A stretch of DNA of 62,843 nucleotides, filler included, from Barthelona sp. PAP020 (Eukaryota): NCBI GenBank assembly GCA_040182905.1. It is 4 parts of 4 records of this genome, joined end to end, with 100 filler letters (N's around TTAATTAATTAA, not from the genome) between each part and the next. Parts side by side here need not be neighbours in the genome. Positions count along the whole stretch, not along the records: positions 47,288 to 62,843 come from JARQWU010000279.1; 3 more parts are not named here. One strand, written 5' to 3'. Positions 50,792-60,930 of the stretch are shown piece by piece. The notes under the pieces were generated by a model. It was not told the DNA's origin, searched no databases, and worked only from the letters and a program-made list of their open reading frames with translations. Position 1 is the first letter of the stretch, and each line of letters starts with the position of its first letter. The position numbers and the translations under genes are program-made.

Positions 50792-51991
50792 ATGGATTCA
50801 AAAAAGAAATCAATATATGAAAACTTTCCACCAAAAATTGTTGAAAATAATGTAAAAATTATTGATGGAATTGTAGAAGGAGATATTTGTGTCAAGTATT
50901 CTCCAACTGGAAAATATTTAGTAATAGTAAACCAAAGTGGTGATGTTTATATATATGAAGGAATAACAATAGAAATTATCCATAGTTTTTATGATCACAG
51001 TGACAGTATCATTGGAGTATGTTTTTCTCCTGATGAAACTTTGATGGTCACCTGTTCTGCAGATCGATCAATTATTTTATATGAAACAGCTAATTTCTCT
51101 ATTATTGATCGGTTTTATCACAATGCATGGATTTTTTGTTTGGTTTTTTCACATTGTTGTAATTATTTGTTCTTTGGTGATGGTGGTGGTTTTTTGAACA
51201 AATGGTCAATTCAAGAGAAAGAAATAGTTCAAAGATCCAAAATTCATAAAAATATTATCTTTTGTGTGGCATTATGTTTAAATGGAGAATATATATTAAC
51301 AGGAAGTAAGGATGGAACTGTTAAAGTCTTTGAAACAAACACTCTTTCATTATTACATAGATTTATTCATAATAAAAGCATTCGAATGATTGAACTAAAA
51401 CCATTAGTGTCTGAAAATGTGTGTGCAATTGCTGATGGCTCCAAAACAGTCAAAACCTGGACTTGGTCCCTTAAAACGCGTTCATTGATACATTCTTATA
51501 ATCTACAAGGGAAAGTTTTTGCCTTAAAATACTTAGTCTCCAGTATGTTACTGATAATGTCTGGTGATGGATATATTAGTTCTTTCAATACAGTTAATCA
51601 CCAAATGCTGCAAAAAGTGTACTGTAATTGTGCATTATTATATTCTTCTTTTGATATCTCTCCAGATAAAAAGTTTTTGGCTTGTGGTAGATGTGATTTC
51701 AGTAAAGTAAAGGTATATTCTCTTGAATTTTCTTCAACCAGCCATCAAGATATGGGAGTTTTAACAAATTTGTCGAAACCAGATGGAAGGATAATTAAGT
51801 GTGGCATTTCGTTGGGATGGGATCAGGATTTAATTCGAAGGTTAATATCTGAAGGTATTTGGATTGATAACGATGAATATGACCTGCTTATTAACACATG
51901 TTGGGACTTACTTGATATCAACCAAATAAATGGGGGTAACATGTACATGTTTGCAGATGACAATGTAAGTGAAGATAGTGATGACGTTTGA
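50792..51991 (+). CDS. WD40-repeat protein with a C-terminal module shared with ankyrin protein 31618-32683
   Basis: WD repeats (HSDSIIGVCFSPDETLMVTCSADRSI; HKNIIFCVAL..ILTGSKDGTVKVF) and a helical C-terminal tail. Confidence 0.85.
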   Translation: MDSKKKSIYENFPPKIVENNVKIIDGIVEGDICVKYSPTGKYLVIVNQSGDVYIYEGITIEIIHSFYDHSDSIIGVCFSPDETLMVTCSADRSIILYETANFSIIDRFYHNAWIFCLVFSHCCNYLFFGDGGGFLNKWSIQEKEIVQRSKIHKNIIFCVALCLNGEYILTGSKDGTVKVFETNTLSLLHRFIHNKSIRMIELKPLVSENVCAIADGSKTVKTWTWSLKTRSLIHSYNLQGKVFALKYLVSSMLLIMSGDGYISSFNTVNHQMLQKVYCNCALLYSSFDISPDKKFLACGRCDFSKVKVYSLEFSSTSHQDMGVLTNLSKPDGRIIKCGISLGWDQDLIRRLISEGIWIDNDEYDLLINTCWDLLDINQINGGNMYMFADDNVSEDSDDV

Positions 51992-52154
51992 TTGTTGAAT
52001 TTTGATTCAAAACTCATAAAATTATTGAATGTTAACTTATACTGTTTAACAAGTGTCAGATTCAGGATTTGTTTCACGCAGGAAAAAAAAATCTTGATGA
52101 AAAAAAGTAGGCAACTACAGCCAAACCTTTACCAACCTTTATTTATCAAATATG

Positions 52155-53189
52155 TTAAGAAACACCCCATTGTGATAAAATATCAGTTAATTTCTTTTTG
52201 TTTGTGTCGGTTGAATTTCCAACAAATTTCTTTTGTTCGTACCTTCTTATTGTATTTCGCTGATCGTTAACAATCATTCCTAATCGTTCATTTTCCATGT
52301 TCAACTGACGATTTTCTTCCAAAACTTTTGAAATGTCTGCCTCAGTTTGGAAGGTCTCCCACTTTTGAATCCTTTTCACCGCAGACTTCAATTTTCGCTG
52401 TAATCTTCGATTTTCCGTTGTGTATTCTTCTCTTTCCGTTTTCAAAGCCATATTGGTTCTCTTTAACATCTCAAGTTCTATTTCAAGTTCAGAAATGGCA
52501 TGCCTAGCGTTGTCCAATTCCACAATATACTGCTCAAGTGGTGAAATTTCAGCAATCATTTCATCCTTTTCACATTCTTCAAGAATATCTGTCACAACTT
52601 CTGTCGTAACTTCACTCTGTCTTAATAAAGAGGTATCATCGTTTGTTGTTGGCAATGTGATAACTGTTGCTGTTGAAGCAGACAAAGGGGAATATTTTGT
52701 ATCTTCTTCTTCCTTCTTTATTTTTTTTGGAGTGCTAATATTTTCATAAGGTGTTTGAGGAATCAATAAACTCTTGACAGATGATGCTGTTTCACTGTTG
52801 AAAGAAGAATCAGAATTGGTAAAACTCACAATATTGTTTAAACATGTGTTTTCTTCTTCTTTTTCTTCTTTAAACAAATAAAAGGCTTTTTCTTGTTTTG
52901 AACAGATATCAATATAGCACAACAAAGAATAATATATCACATATAAATCATCAATGTTCCCTTGAAAGACATAATCAATTTGAAATGCTGAAAATATGGT
53001 CAAAACACATTTCTCGTCAATTATTTCAAGGTTCACTGTGCTATTCTGATCACATTCAATTGAATCAATGAACATGTCTTTGTTATTCACATTGGCATAA
53101 CAAATTAATATTCCACAACTTGCGAGATGATTGTAATCAAGTTGCATTTTTGCATTAAAGAACAGGTCAATTACATTGATTCTTTCCAT
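52155..53189 (-). CDS. Hypothetical protein with C-terminal coiled coil
   Basis: Long ORF, probable start MERINV; heptad-rich C-terminus. Confidence 0.65.
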   Translation of the reverse strand: MERINVIDLFFNAKMQLDYNHLASCGILICYANVNNKDMFIDSIECDQNSTVNLEIIDEKCVLTIFSAFQIDYVFQGNIDDLYVIYYSLLCYIDICSKQEKAFYLFKEEKEEENTCLNNIVSFTNSDSSFNSETASSVKSLLIPQTPYENISTPKKIKKEEEDTKYSPLSASTATVITLPTTNDDTSLLRQSEVTTEVVTDILEECEKDEMIAEISPLEQYIVELDNARHAISELEIELEMLKRTNMALKTEREEYTTENRRLQRKLKSAVKRIQKWETFQTEADISKVLEENRQLNMENERLGMIVNDQRNTIRRYEQKKFVGNSTDTNKKKLTDILSQWGVS

Positions 53190-53636
53190 TATTTTTCTGT
53201 TTTTGTTATGTATATTGATATTATCCGGTTTATTTACAACAATGCAAGTTTTTTTTATTGGCGTCTTCTTTTGAAATTTCAACAATAAATCATCTCAAAT
53301 GCATTATTTCCATTCATTTAAACACTTATTTTACAATTTCAAATTGTCAATAATGTATTTTCATTGAAAATTATTATTTCCCTCTTTTTTAGATATATCT
53401 AGCTAGAAAATATACCACTTTATTACTCAGTTTAAAGAAAAGACTCACATAAAATCAGAAAAAAAAATTTTTATTATTATTAACTACTTTCTTTCTTTCA
53501 AATGGATAACAACCAATATTTAATGAAGAAAGAGTTTCATTTCTTTAAATTAGAATAAATTTAATAAATAAAATTGTGCCAGACTCAAATAGCGAGACAG
53601 TGGTATTTTTTATTCTTTATTAACTGTTCGTTTCAA

Positions 53637-54015
53637 ATGGATGATCTTCATAATACAGAGGAAGCTCATTTTATACAAGAAGATGTGAAAGCTATTATAT
53701 CGGAAGTATTTTCTAAGTGATATATTGAATATCTAACATTAGTCTTGTGAAGCAGTTTTGGCCGAAGCTTCATATTCTAGTTCAAAAGTTTCTCAATATA
53801 CATCTGATCTATGTGAAACTGTGTTGAAAAGATTGACTTTTTTAAATAAACCTTTCAAATATGTTGTGACTGCAACTATTATGCAAAAAACTGGTACAGG
53901 ATTACATACTGCTTGTAGTTGTTATTGGGATAGTACATCTGATGCACCCTGTGTGCATCGTTATGAAAATGATAGTATGCGTGTTGTTGTTACTGTTTTT
54001 GGATTATTTTGTTGA
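53637..54015 (+). CDS. DYNLT1: Dynein light chain Tctex-1, two exons: 53637-53705 and 53743-54015
   Basis: Spliced 113-aa product MDDLHNTEEAHFIQEDVKAIISE/SCEAVL...KPFKYVVTATIMQKTGTGLHTACSCYWD. Confidence 0.92.
53706..53742 (+). other. 37-nt spliceosomal intron in DYNLT
   Basis: GTATTTT...TCTAACATTAG; removal restores the reading frame. Confidence 0.9.
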
Positions 54016-54202
54016 AGTTTATTCTTGTTTTGTAGCCTTTTATTTTTTTTCCTTTTCAAAGATGTTATTTTTATTTTTGATAAATTGTATTTTCATTTTT
54101 CTTATTAATGACTATTTTGTAAAAATACAAAATGAATAACTTGATTTTTATGAAAAAAAGAACAATTCTAAAAAAACAAAAAAAATTGATTGTTGAGTTT
54201 TT

Positions 54203-55645
54203 ATGAGAATTCCAAAAAAATCACAAGGATTTTGTTATTTTGCTGTTATTGGAATAACATTTGTAATTTTATGTATCGTTTTAAATGAAAATTTAGGGGT
54301 TTTCAATTCTTTAGCTCTGGAAAAAAAAGCTTGTACAAATTCAAAAGTTGTTTCGACGAAAAAGTCAAATGAAATCAATAGTTCAAAAATAGAAGGACAA
54401 TCTGAATCAATTGTAAAACCAAATACCAAGGTTAATCCTCAAAATGAATCCACAGAAACATCAAGATCCAAGATCTTTGATGAATATTGGCCTTTAAGAA
54501 AAGGACAATATTATGGTGATTTGTTTGTTCCGACTGGATGTCCTGATCCTGGTGAACCTGGTGAGGATAAATTTATTATCTATTATGATATCATTCCAGA
54601 TGATTATCATGATGAATCTTGCCCTGATGATATAAATCCAGTTGTAAAGGCTGAACATATGTTGTTATGTCCTAAGTATCGACTTTTTGAGAATTGTAAA
54701 ACAGAAACAACATTTCCAGCACCTGAAAATCTTGCTGATTTGTTGGATCCTTCCAAAAATCCTGATAAACCACCAATTCCTGCTTTTGGCTTCCCTACTA
54801 TTTTCAACCCTTTCTTTTTAGAACGTGCTTTATATACTCTTGATTATCCCATTCAAAAATTGGTGATTTATTGGACTGAAAATGTCAATGATATGGAGAG
54901 TGCCATATATAGAATAAAAAAGCGCCTTGGTGATTTAGTGATGGTTATTCATTCTGCTGAGAACAGAGGTGTGTCCCATGCCTGGAATACTATCTATCAA
55001 CAGGTTGAACCCTCTCTTAGAAATTATGTTTTGATCATAGGTGACGATATTAAGCATTATCCAGGAAGTTTGGCCGGTATTGCTAAATATATGGAAAACA
55101 AAAGAAAACCAGATGGCACTTTTGATGCATTTGTTTTTGATGCTAGAATGGATCCTGTTGGTGTTCCTTTCTTTTCTGCATTTGGTATTACTGTTGCTGC
55201 ATATTTAAAGGTGGGAACTTTTGATGAAAATATTTATATTGCTTATTGTGAAGACTTAGATTATATGTGGCGTGTAAGAGCTACTGAGACAGAAAGGATT
55301 GATGACATTCCACAATGGCATGTCTGGCATGGTAAGGAAACAGATGGCAGATATGTATCTGGGCAATCTGTATCTTCGATTCCTTCTAGATTACAGGCAT
55401 TACATAGAAACAATGCCAGGATACACACACAGAGAGGTTTCTGTCCGTATGTTGTTGATAAGTTTGGACCGGTAAAAGATATGGGATATCCTCGATTCAG
55501 TAGATCTAAAGCTTGGAATGAGTTGCCTCCAAATCAATGGAGAGTTGATCATACATTCAAACATAGAGTCATTGCGGGTTGTGATTCTTGCAAGGCTTCA
55601 GCAAAATATCCTTATCCTGAAAATCGTGTTGAATGGGAACGATAA
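54203..55645 (+). CDS. Type II membrane GT-A glycosyltransferase (GT2-like / LPG1 galactofuranosyltransferase-like)
   Basis: N-terminal signal anchor and stem; ENRGVSHAWN, LIIGDDI and GTFDENIYIAYCEDLDYMWR. Confidence 0.7.
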   Translation: MRIPKKSQGFCYFAVIGITFVILCIVLNENLGVFNSLALEKKACTNSKVVSTKKSNEINSSKIEGQSESIVKPNTKVNPQNESTETSRSKIFDEYWPLRKGQYYGDLFVPTGCPDPGEPGEDKFIIYYDIIPDDYHDESCPDDINPVVKAEHMLLCPKYRLFENCKTETTFPAPENLADLLDPSKNPDKPPIPAFGFPTIFNPFFLERALYTLDYPIQKLVIYWTENVNDMESAIYRIKKRLGDLVMVIHSAENRGVSHAWNTIYQQVEPSLRNYVLIIGDDIKHYPGSLAGIAKYMENKRKPDGTFDAFVFDARMDPVGVPFFSAFGITVAAYLKVGTFDENIYIAYCEDLDYMWRVRATETERIDDIPQWHVWHGKETDGRYVSGQSVSSIPSRLQALHRNNARIHTQRGFCPYVVDKFGPVKDMGYPRFSRSKAWNELPPNQWRVDHTFKHRVIAGCDSCKASAKYPYPENRVEWER

Positions 55646-55762
55646 ATCTTTTCTGGCAAAGAACGATAATTTTTTTTTAATTTTGCGAAAAAAAAACAAA
55701 CAAACATGATTTACAGTCACAAAATATGTGTCAAATATATTTAATACACAAGCATTAACTTA

Positions 55763-57559
55763 CTAATGTAATTGCACCCATCTTTTTTTTCTTTTTCTTT
55801 TCTTTGAAGAATCAACAGATGCGGATGGCGAACTGTTGTCAAAACTGCCATTAGTGCTGGAAATATTCTTTGGAGTTGAATTAGCACTTGAATTTTCAGA
55901 ATTAAACCCAGAATTCGATTCCAAACTTGAATAAGATGAATATCCCAATGGTGTCGACACTGATGATGACGAAGCAATGGAATCCGTGGACCCTTCATTT
56001 GTTTTCATAGGGGTGGAATACGATGTATCATCTTCGCTCTGTGAGAAATCACTGACACTCGGTTCAACATAATCAATAACGGGTTGAGTGGTTTGAACGG
56101 ATGACATATCATTTATTATTGAAGTTTCATCGATACTATCAGCACTTTTCTCAGAAAAATCTAACGAGGATAGTTTGGTAGTTTGTAAATTGGCAACTGT
56201 CTCCTGAACTTCTTCCATTTCTTGCATTTTAGGCTCTTCAATTATAGTTTTTGGTGAGGTTGGTTGCTCCTTATTGGAAATATTATCATCCAAATCAATA
56301 GCTTGTTGCTCTTCCTCTACTTCAATATCATCTTCCAAAAAGTTTTCAACCTCCACATCTAGTTGATCTAAGTCAATTTCAACGCTTTCAATGGGTTGAA
56401 TATCATCGTTCAACGATGAAATATTCTGAGAATCGGAATCCATAACTAACAACTTTCCGTTCACGATTTTTAACTTTCTTTCCATAGATTCACCCTCATT
56501 TGGAAACACCCGAATATTGGGATCGATCACTGAAGGGCTGGGAAAAATCATGTCGCTGGGTTTTATTTCTGGAAGAGAAATGGGCACTGGCGAATCAGTT
56601 ATCACAGTGCTTTCAATTTGTTGATACGATTGAAACTTGGTACTTTGTAAATTGGAAGAATCATGAGGTCTGTCAAACTGTTCAAAACTTTCTTTTTTCC
56701 TTTCAAACCCATGTGAAAACACTTTAGTCGCAGATTTCTTAGTGGAAGAATTGGGAACAGAAACTCTTGGAGACGTCGGTAAATTGCTGATGTATTGATC
56801 TAAAAACGGATTGTTCACATTGTAAGTAAGACTAGGCTTGAAAAAATTCAATGAATGTGGTGTATCTACTGAGAAATACTCATAAGATTTTCCTAATAAG
56901 TCAAGGTCTCTCAAAGTCAATTCAACTTCACTTTTTTGTTTGACAGGCAATGGTCTTCTCTTACGATGTTCATCAATTCTTTTTTTTCTGTCATCTAACT
57001 TCTGCTTTACTTCTTCTTGATGAGCCTTCTCTTTTTGAAGATATTCTCGTCTTTCTTTGATTCTTTCATCATGCTTTTTCTGTAGAAGACTTTCTTGTTT
57101 TTGTTTCTTGCGAGCTGAAATCTCTTTTCTCATCAATTCACGCCTCTGTTGATTTTCTTTGAGCATCTTTTGAGTCTCAGAAAAGTTCAATGGATTTGCT
57201 TTCTTTCTATTTTTTGTTGATTCAACATTATCATTTAATCGAACCTTTGGTTTAACATTCAGTGGAGTAGCCAACTCATTAAATCTTTGTTTCAATCTAA
57301 TTTTTTCAGATTTAGTTAAAAATTGCTTTGTTTTAGGTTTTTCATCTTCTTTGTAAACATTAAGTGGATTCCAAGGACCACTAACACTACTAACTATAAT
57401 TGGTTGATGTTTGCGAACAATTTTCTTTTTCACACGTTTTTGTAAAGGTGATGCCAGCTCTTCGATTTTTTTTAAATCATACAAAGGTTTTTGTAATAAT
57501 CTTTGATCATCGATTTCATTGGAATTTTTTTGTTGACTTTTTGGATATTCTTGATTCAT
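55763..57559 (-). CDS. Hypothetical protein (coiled coil, acidic and Ser-rich)
   Basis: About 600-codon ORF; no family recognised. Confidence 0.65.
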   Translation of the reverse strand: MNQEYPKSQQKNSNEIDDQRLLQKPLYDLKKIEELASPLQKRVKKKIVRKHQPIIVSSVSGPWNPLNVYKEDEKPKTKQFLTKSEKIRLKQRFNELATPLNVKPKVRLNDNVESTKNRKKANPLNFSETQKMLKENQQRRELMRKEISARKKQKQESLLQKKHDERIKERREYLQKEKAHQEEVKQKLDDRKKRIDEHRKRRPLPVKQKSEVELTLRDLDLLGKSYEYFSVDTPHSLNFFKPSLTYNVNNPFLDQYISNLPTSPRVSVPNSSTKKSATKVFSHGFERKKESFEQFDRPHDSSNLQSTKFQSYQQIESTVITDSPVPISLPEIKPSDMIFPSPSVIDPNIRVFPNEGESMERKLKIVNGKLLVMDSDSQNISSLNDDIQPIESVEIDLDQLDVEVENFLEDDIEVEEEQQAIDLDDNISNKEQPTSPKTIIEEPKMQEMEEVQETVANLQTTKLSSLDFSEKSADSIDETSIINDMSSVQTTQPVIDYVEPSVSDFSQSEDDTSYSTPMKTNEGSTDSIASSSSVSTPLGYSSYSSLESNSGFNSENSSANSTPKNISSTNGSFDNSSPSASVDSSKKRKRKKRWVQLH

Positions 57560-57786
57560 ATTCAATTTCCTTTGAATTCAACTGATTCAAAAGACCTACT
57601 GATAAAAGATAAAAGAAAATTTGATTTATTCTCATCATCTTTTTTACCAAGTGTTGTTTTTTTTTGCATTGAAAACGTTTTTTTTTGAAAATTTTGCTGC
57701 GAAAAAATGTAAATATATAAAATTTATGATAAAATAATAAAGTTAAATGAAAGTGATATAATTTTTTGTTTATTAAAAATATTTTA

Positions 57787-58764
57787 ATGGGTAATAGTGA
57801 CGTTGAAGTGACTGATCTTGGACAAGTACCAATCATTAAGATATTACGTGAGTTCAAAGAGAAATTAAATGATCCAAATGTTGAATTACATGAAGTATCT
57901 TCTATTTTGTATGAATTAAATTATTATTTATCATTACCCAATGAAATGGGTGATGATACTCAAGTTTTTGCCATTGAAGAATGTATTGGATTGTGTAGAA
58001 TCAAATATTTTATCATTAAGATTGTTCATTTATTTGATGAATTAAAATTAGATTTGGATGAAGATATTGTTTTTTTGCAAGATAACGTTATTGATGAATT
58101 AGATTTAATGATTTTGCGTTATAAAGTATTTGAATATTTATCAAAGAGATTAAGCAATTTTAATTTTGAAGATGAAGAAAAAAAGTTTGATATTTTATTG
58201 AAAAGTATTTATTTTAAAGTTGATGATGGTGAAATCCGAATGAATATGACCGAAGTTGAAAAAAGAATTATGAAATTAGCGAAATTACGAAAGTTTACTG
58301 AATTGATTGAACTTTGCGATGGTTCTCATGATCAAATCTTTCAAATTATTTCTAAATACGATTTGCTTTCAGATGTTTTTTCAAATTGTCTTTTAAAACA
58401 ATCGGAAATCATTTTTATCGCTACATCTCTTTATAAAAATGGTTTACAAAGTGTAGCTATTAGTTGGTTATTGCAAAGACATTTAATTGTAGAAGCAAAA
58501 CACTTAATTCGTAAATTTCCAAATTTTGAAGCTGAAAAACTTTTGGAAAAATATCAAAATACATTGCCTGAAGCTTCAAAAAGAATGTTGATTGATAATC
58601 CAGAAAATTTGGGAACACCTCTGTTCATTAGGGAAATTTTACCTAAAACTCAAACTACAACCAAAAAAGAACCTCAAAAATCTTCCTTAAGTATCAATAG
58701 TACCAATATAACAAAAACTAAGAAAAAAAGAAGAATGACTCGAAGAATGCGTGGACAAATATAA
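57787..58764 (+). CDS. Hypothetical helical protein with basic tail
   Basis: ORF from MGNSD; no family recognised. Confidence 0.6.
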   Translation: MGNSDVEVTDLGQVPIIKILREFKEKLNDPNVELHEVSSILYELNYYLSLPNEMGDDTQVFAIEECIGLCRIKYFIIKIVHLFDELKLDLDEDIVFLQDNVIDELDLMILRYKVFEYLSKRLSNFNFEDEEKKFDILLKSIYFKVDDGEIRMNMTEVEKRIMKLAKLRKFTELIELCDGSHDQIFQIISKYDLLSDVFSNCLLKQSEIIFIATSLYKNGLQSVAISWLLQRHLIVEAKHLIRKFPNFEAEKLLEKYQNTLPEASKRMLIDNPENLGTPLFIREILPKTQTTTKKEPQKSSLSINSTNITKTKKKRRMTRRMRGQI

Positions 58765-59178
58765 CAATAAACTATTCTTTATTTCTTTTTTGATTTTGAT
58801 TTTATGAAAGAACAGATATTTCAACACACTTTAAAGATAAGAAAATTTCCCTTTATTGAAATACAATTGGGGAAATGGCAACAACATATTCTTTCAACCT
58901 CCATACAATAAACAAACGATGACTGTTTGTGTCAATATCACTGTACCCTAGTTGTTTAACTAGCTACAACTTCCAAGATAATGTTCATTTCAACAAAAAA
59001 AAATATGCGGGCAAAGTCTCTCTCAAAAATTTACAAAAAAATCCATTTTTCAACTGAAATCAAAAAAAAAAAAAACAGATGACAAAGTGAAGGTACAAAA
59101 ATGTGCCACAAAACTACGTACAAAACCAAAAAAAAAATTAACAAAAGCATTCCAAAAACACAAGAATAAACGCTAAAA

Positions 59179-59685
59179 TCAACTAAATTGTTGCCTTTTA
59201 AAGTATAATTCATGCTCCAAAGCCTTCTTTTCATTCTTTAAACGCAAATTTTCATTCTTTAATTTTCGATTCTCTTTAGCCATTTTTTCATATCGTGACT
59301 TAACTTCAGCAGGTGATATTTGCAAATGAAAGTCATCCTTTTCTTGTTGCCAATGTGTTTGCCATTCTTCGACAATTTTCTCTGCTAATCTACATGTATT
59401 GTTCAAATGATCAAATTCTTCCTGTAAAGGTTCTGTAAAATTTATTACATCTCTTGCAAGGTTGTTTAAAAATCTGGCGGCAACTTTTTCCCCATAAATT
59501 CCATCTGCTTTTATTAAATAATGATTGCAAATATCTTTTAAACCTTGAAAAGTTGGTCTTGGAAATTGTCTTAAAGACATACCTGAAGAAGTAACATCAG
59601 CTCGATGTAAAGGTGCATGTGTAAATCGATTTTCATAAAAAAAATTAACTTCAAAATCTTCTAACTTATTCATTGATGATTTCAT
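59179..59685 (-). CDS. Hypothetical protein with C-terminal coiled coil
   Basis: Probable start MKSSMNK; the longer ORF overlaps the neighbouring gene. Confidence 0.55.
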   Translation of the reverse strand: MKSSMNKLEDFEVNFFYENRFTHAPLHRADVTSSGMSLRQFPRPTFQGLKDICNHYLIKADGIYGEKVAARFLNNLARDVINFTEPLQEEFDHLNNTCRLAEKIVEEWQTHWQQEKDDFHLQISPAEVKSRYEKMAKENRKLKNENLRLKNEKKALEHELYFKRQQFS

Positions 59686-59761
59686 AATAATTATTGAAAA
59701 CTGAAAGAAAAAAATTGATTGAAAAGAGAAAAGAAGGGAACTTCTCCTCACACTAATATTT

Positions 59762-60787
59762 ATGACCTTGTTAGACGACTTTTCAGGATATCCAGGCGCT
59801 ATTTTATCCATTGTAGCTTGGGGAAGTTTTGCTTTACCTATGAAATCAAAAAATTATATCAAAGCTAATCCTGATGGTTTTGTCGTTCAATTTTGGATGT
59901 CGATAGGAATATTATTATTGGGGTCACTGATGTCTTTAATTTTTATTGGTGATTTTAATTTAATAAAATTTGATTTTTGGGCTTGCTTAGGTTCCTTTTT
60001 ATGGGTTCTCAATTCTATTTGTTCCATATTTGTTATTAAATTGATAGGTTTAGGTGCTGGTCAAGCCATTTGGAGTGGTTCAACAATGATTATTTCTTTC
60101 TTTTGGGGGCAATTGTATTTTCATGAGGAAGTTCATTCAACAGGTCAATTATATTTTGGATTTATTTTATTAGCTCTTTCTACCATTTCAACTTCTTTTT
60201 TTGCTGAAGGCTCTGAAAAGAAAAGTGCTTTACCATTGCCTTTGGAAAATGATGCTACATTGATTGCAGAAGATGATTTAGAGTATGAAACAATTGAAGA
60301 TAAAAAAGTTTACAATAGTTCTGATAATTTGAGACTCTTTGGTATTATTCTTGCTTTTGTTGAAGGGATATTTAACGGTTCTTCTTCTGTAGGAATGAAA
60401 AAGTCAACTTACTCAACGTTTAATTATTTCTTAAATTTTTCGGTTGCCGCTTTTGTTTTTTCCTCACTTATTTTACTTGCTAAAACCTTTTCATTTTCAA
60501 AAAGCAAGAAAATTAATTTTCAAACAAAGGATATTGCAATTAATGGAGGAATTGCAGGAATTGTATGGTGCTTTGGTAATTTAGGTTCGATTATGAGTTG
60601 TTCTGCTGATTTAAAGAACCCTCTTCCCTTATCAATTGCCTTTCCCTTGGCTCAATGTTCATTAGTTTTGGGATCTTTTTGGGGTATTGTTGTTTTCAAA
60701 GAGATGAAACAAAAGCGAAATATCATTGGCTTTGCTTCATGTGCTGTGTTCATAATGATTTCAGCTGTAATAATGGCACGAGCTTAA
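59762..60787 (+). CDS. TMEM144: TMEM144/GlcU-like DMT-superfamily transporter
   Basis: WGSFALPMK, DGFVVQFWMS, IGLGAGQAIW, GIVWCFGN and WGIVVFKE; about 10 TM helices. Confidence 0.75.
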   Translation: MTLLDDFSGYPGAILSIVAWGSFALPMKSKNYIKANPDGFVVQFWMSIGILLLGSLMSLIFIGDFNLIKFDFWACLGSFLWVLNSICSIFVIKLIGLGAGQAIWSGSTMIISFFWGQLYFHEEVHSTGQLYFGFILLALSTISTSFFAEGSEKKSALPLPLENDATLIAEDDLEYETIEDKKVYNSSDNLRLFGIILAFVEGIFNGSSSVGMKKSTYSTFNYFLNFSVAAFVFSSLILLAKTFSFSKSKKINFQTKDIAINGGIAGIVWCFGNLGSIMSCSADLKNPLPLSIAFPLAQCSLVLGSFWGIVVFKEMKQKRNIIGFASCAVFIMISAVIMARA

Positions 60788-60930
60788 TCTCTAATTTTAG
60801 TTATTTTAAACCTTGTTCTTGTTGATAAATATTTTGACCTTTATACTTTATAGCATTGAATAAAAGAAAGAGAAAAAAAAAAAGAAAAAATATTTGCAAA
60901 TGGAAAAGCAGGCAAAACAAATAACTCAAA

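Noticed and set aside
53603..53630. GTATTTT...TTAAC-TGTT-CG as a non-canonical intron upstream of DYNLT
   Set aside because: No AG acceptor and no coding constraint to support it.
837..59234. Many 60-130 aa antisense or overlapping ORFs, and TTG/GTG start extensions
   Set aside because: Shadow frames of real genes with no motifs; eukaryotic ATG starts were used instead.
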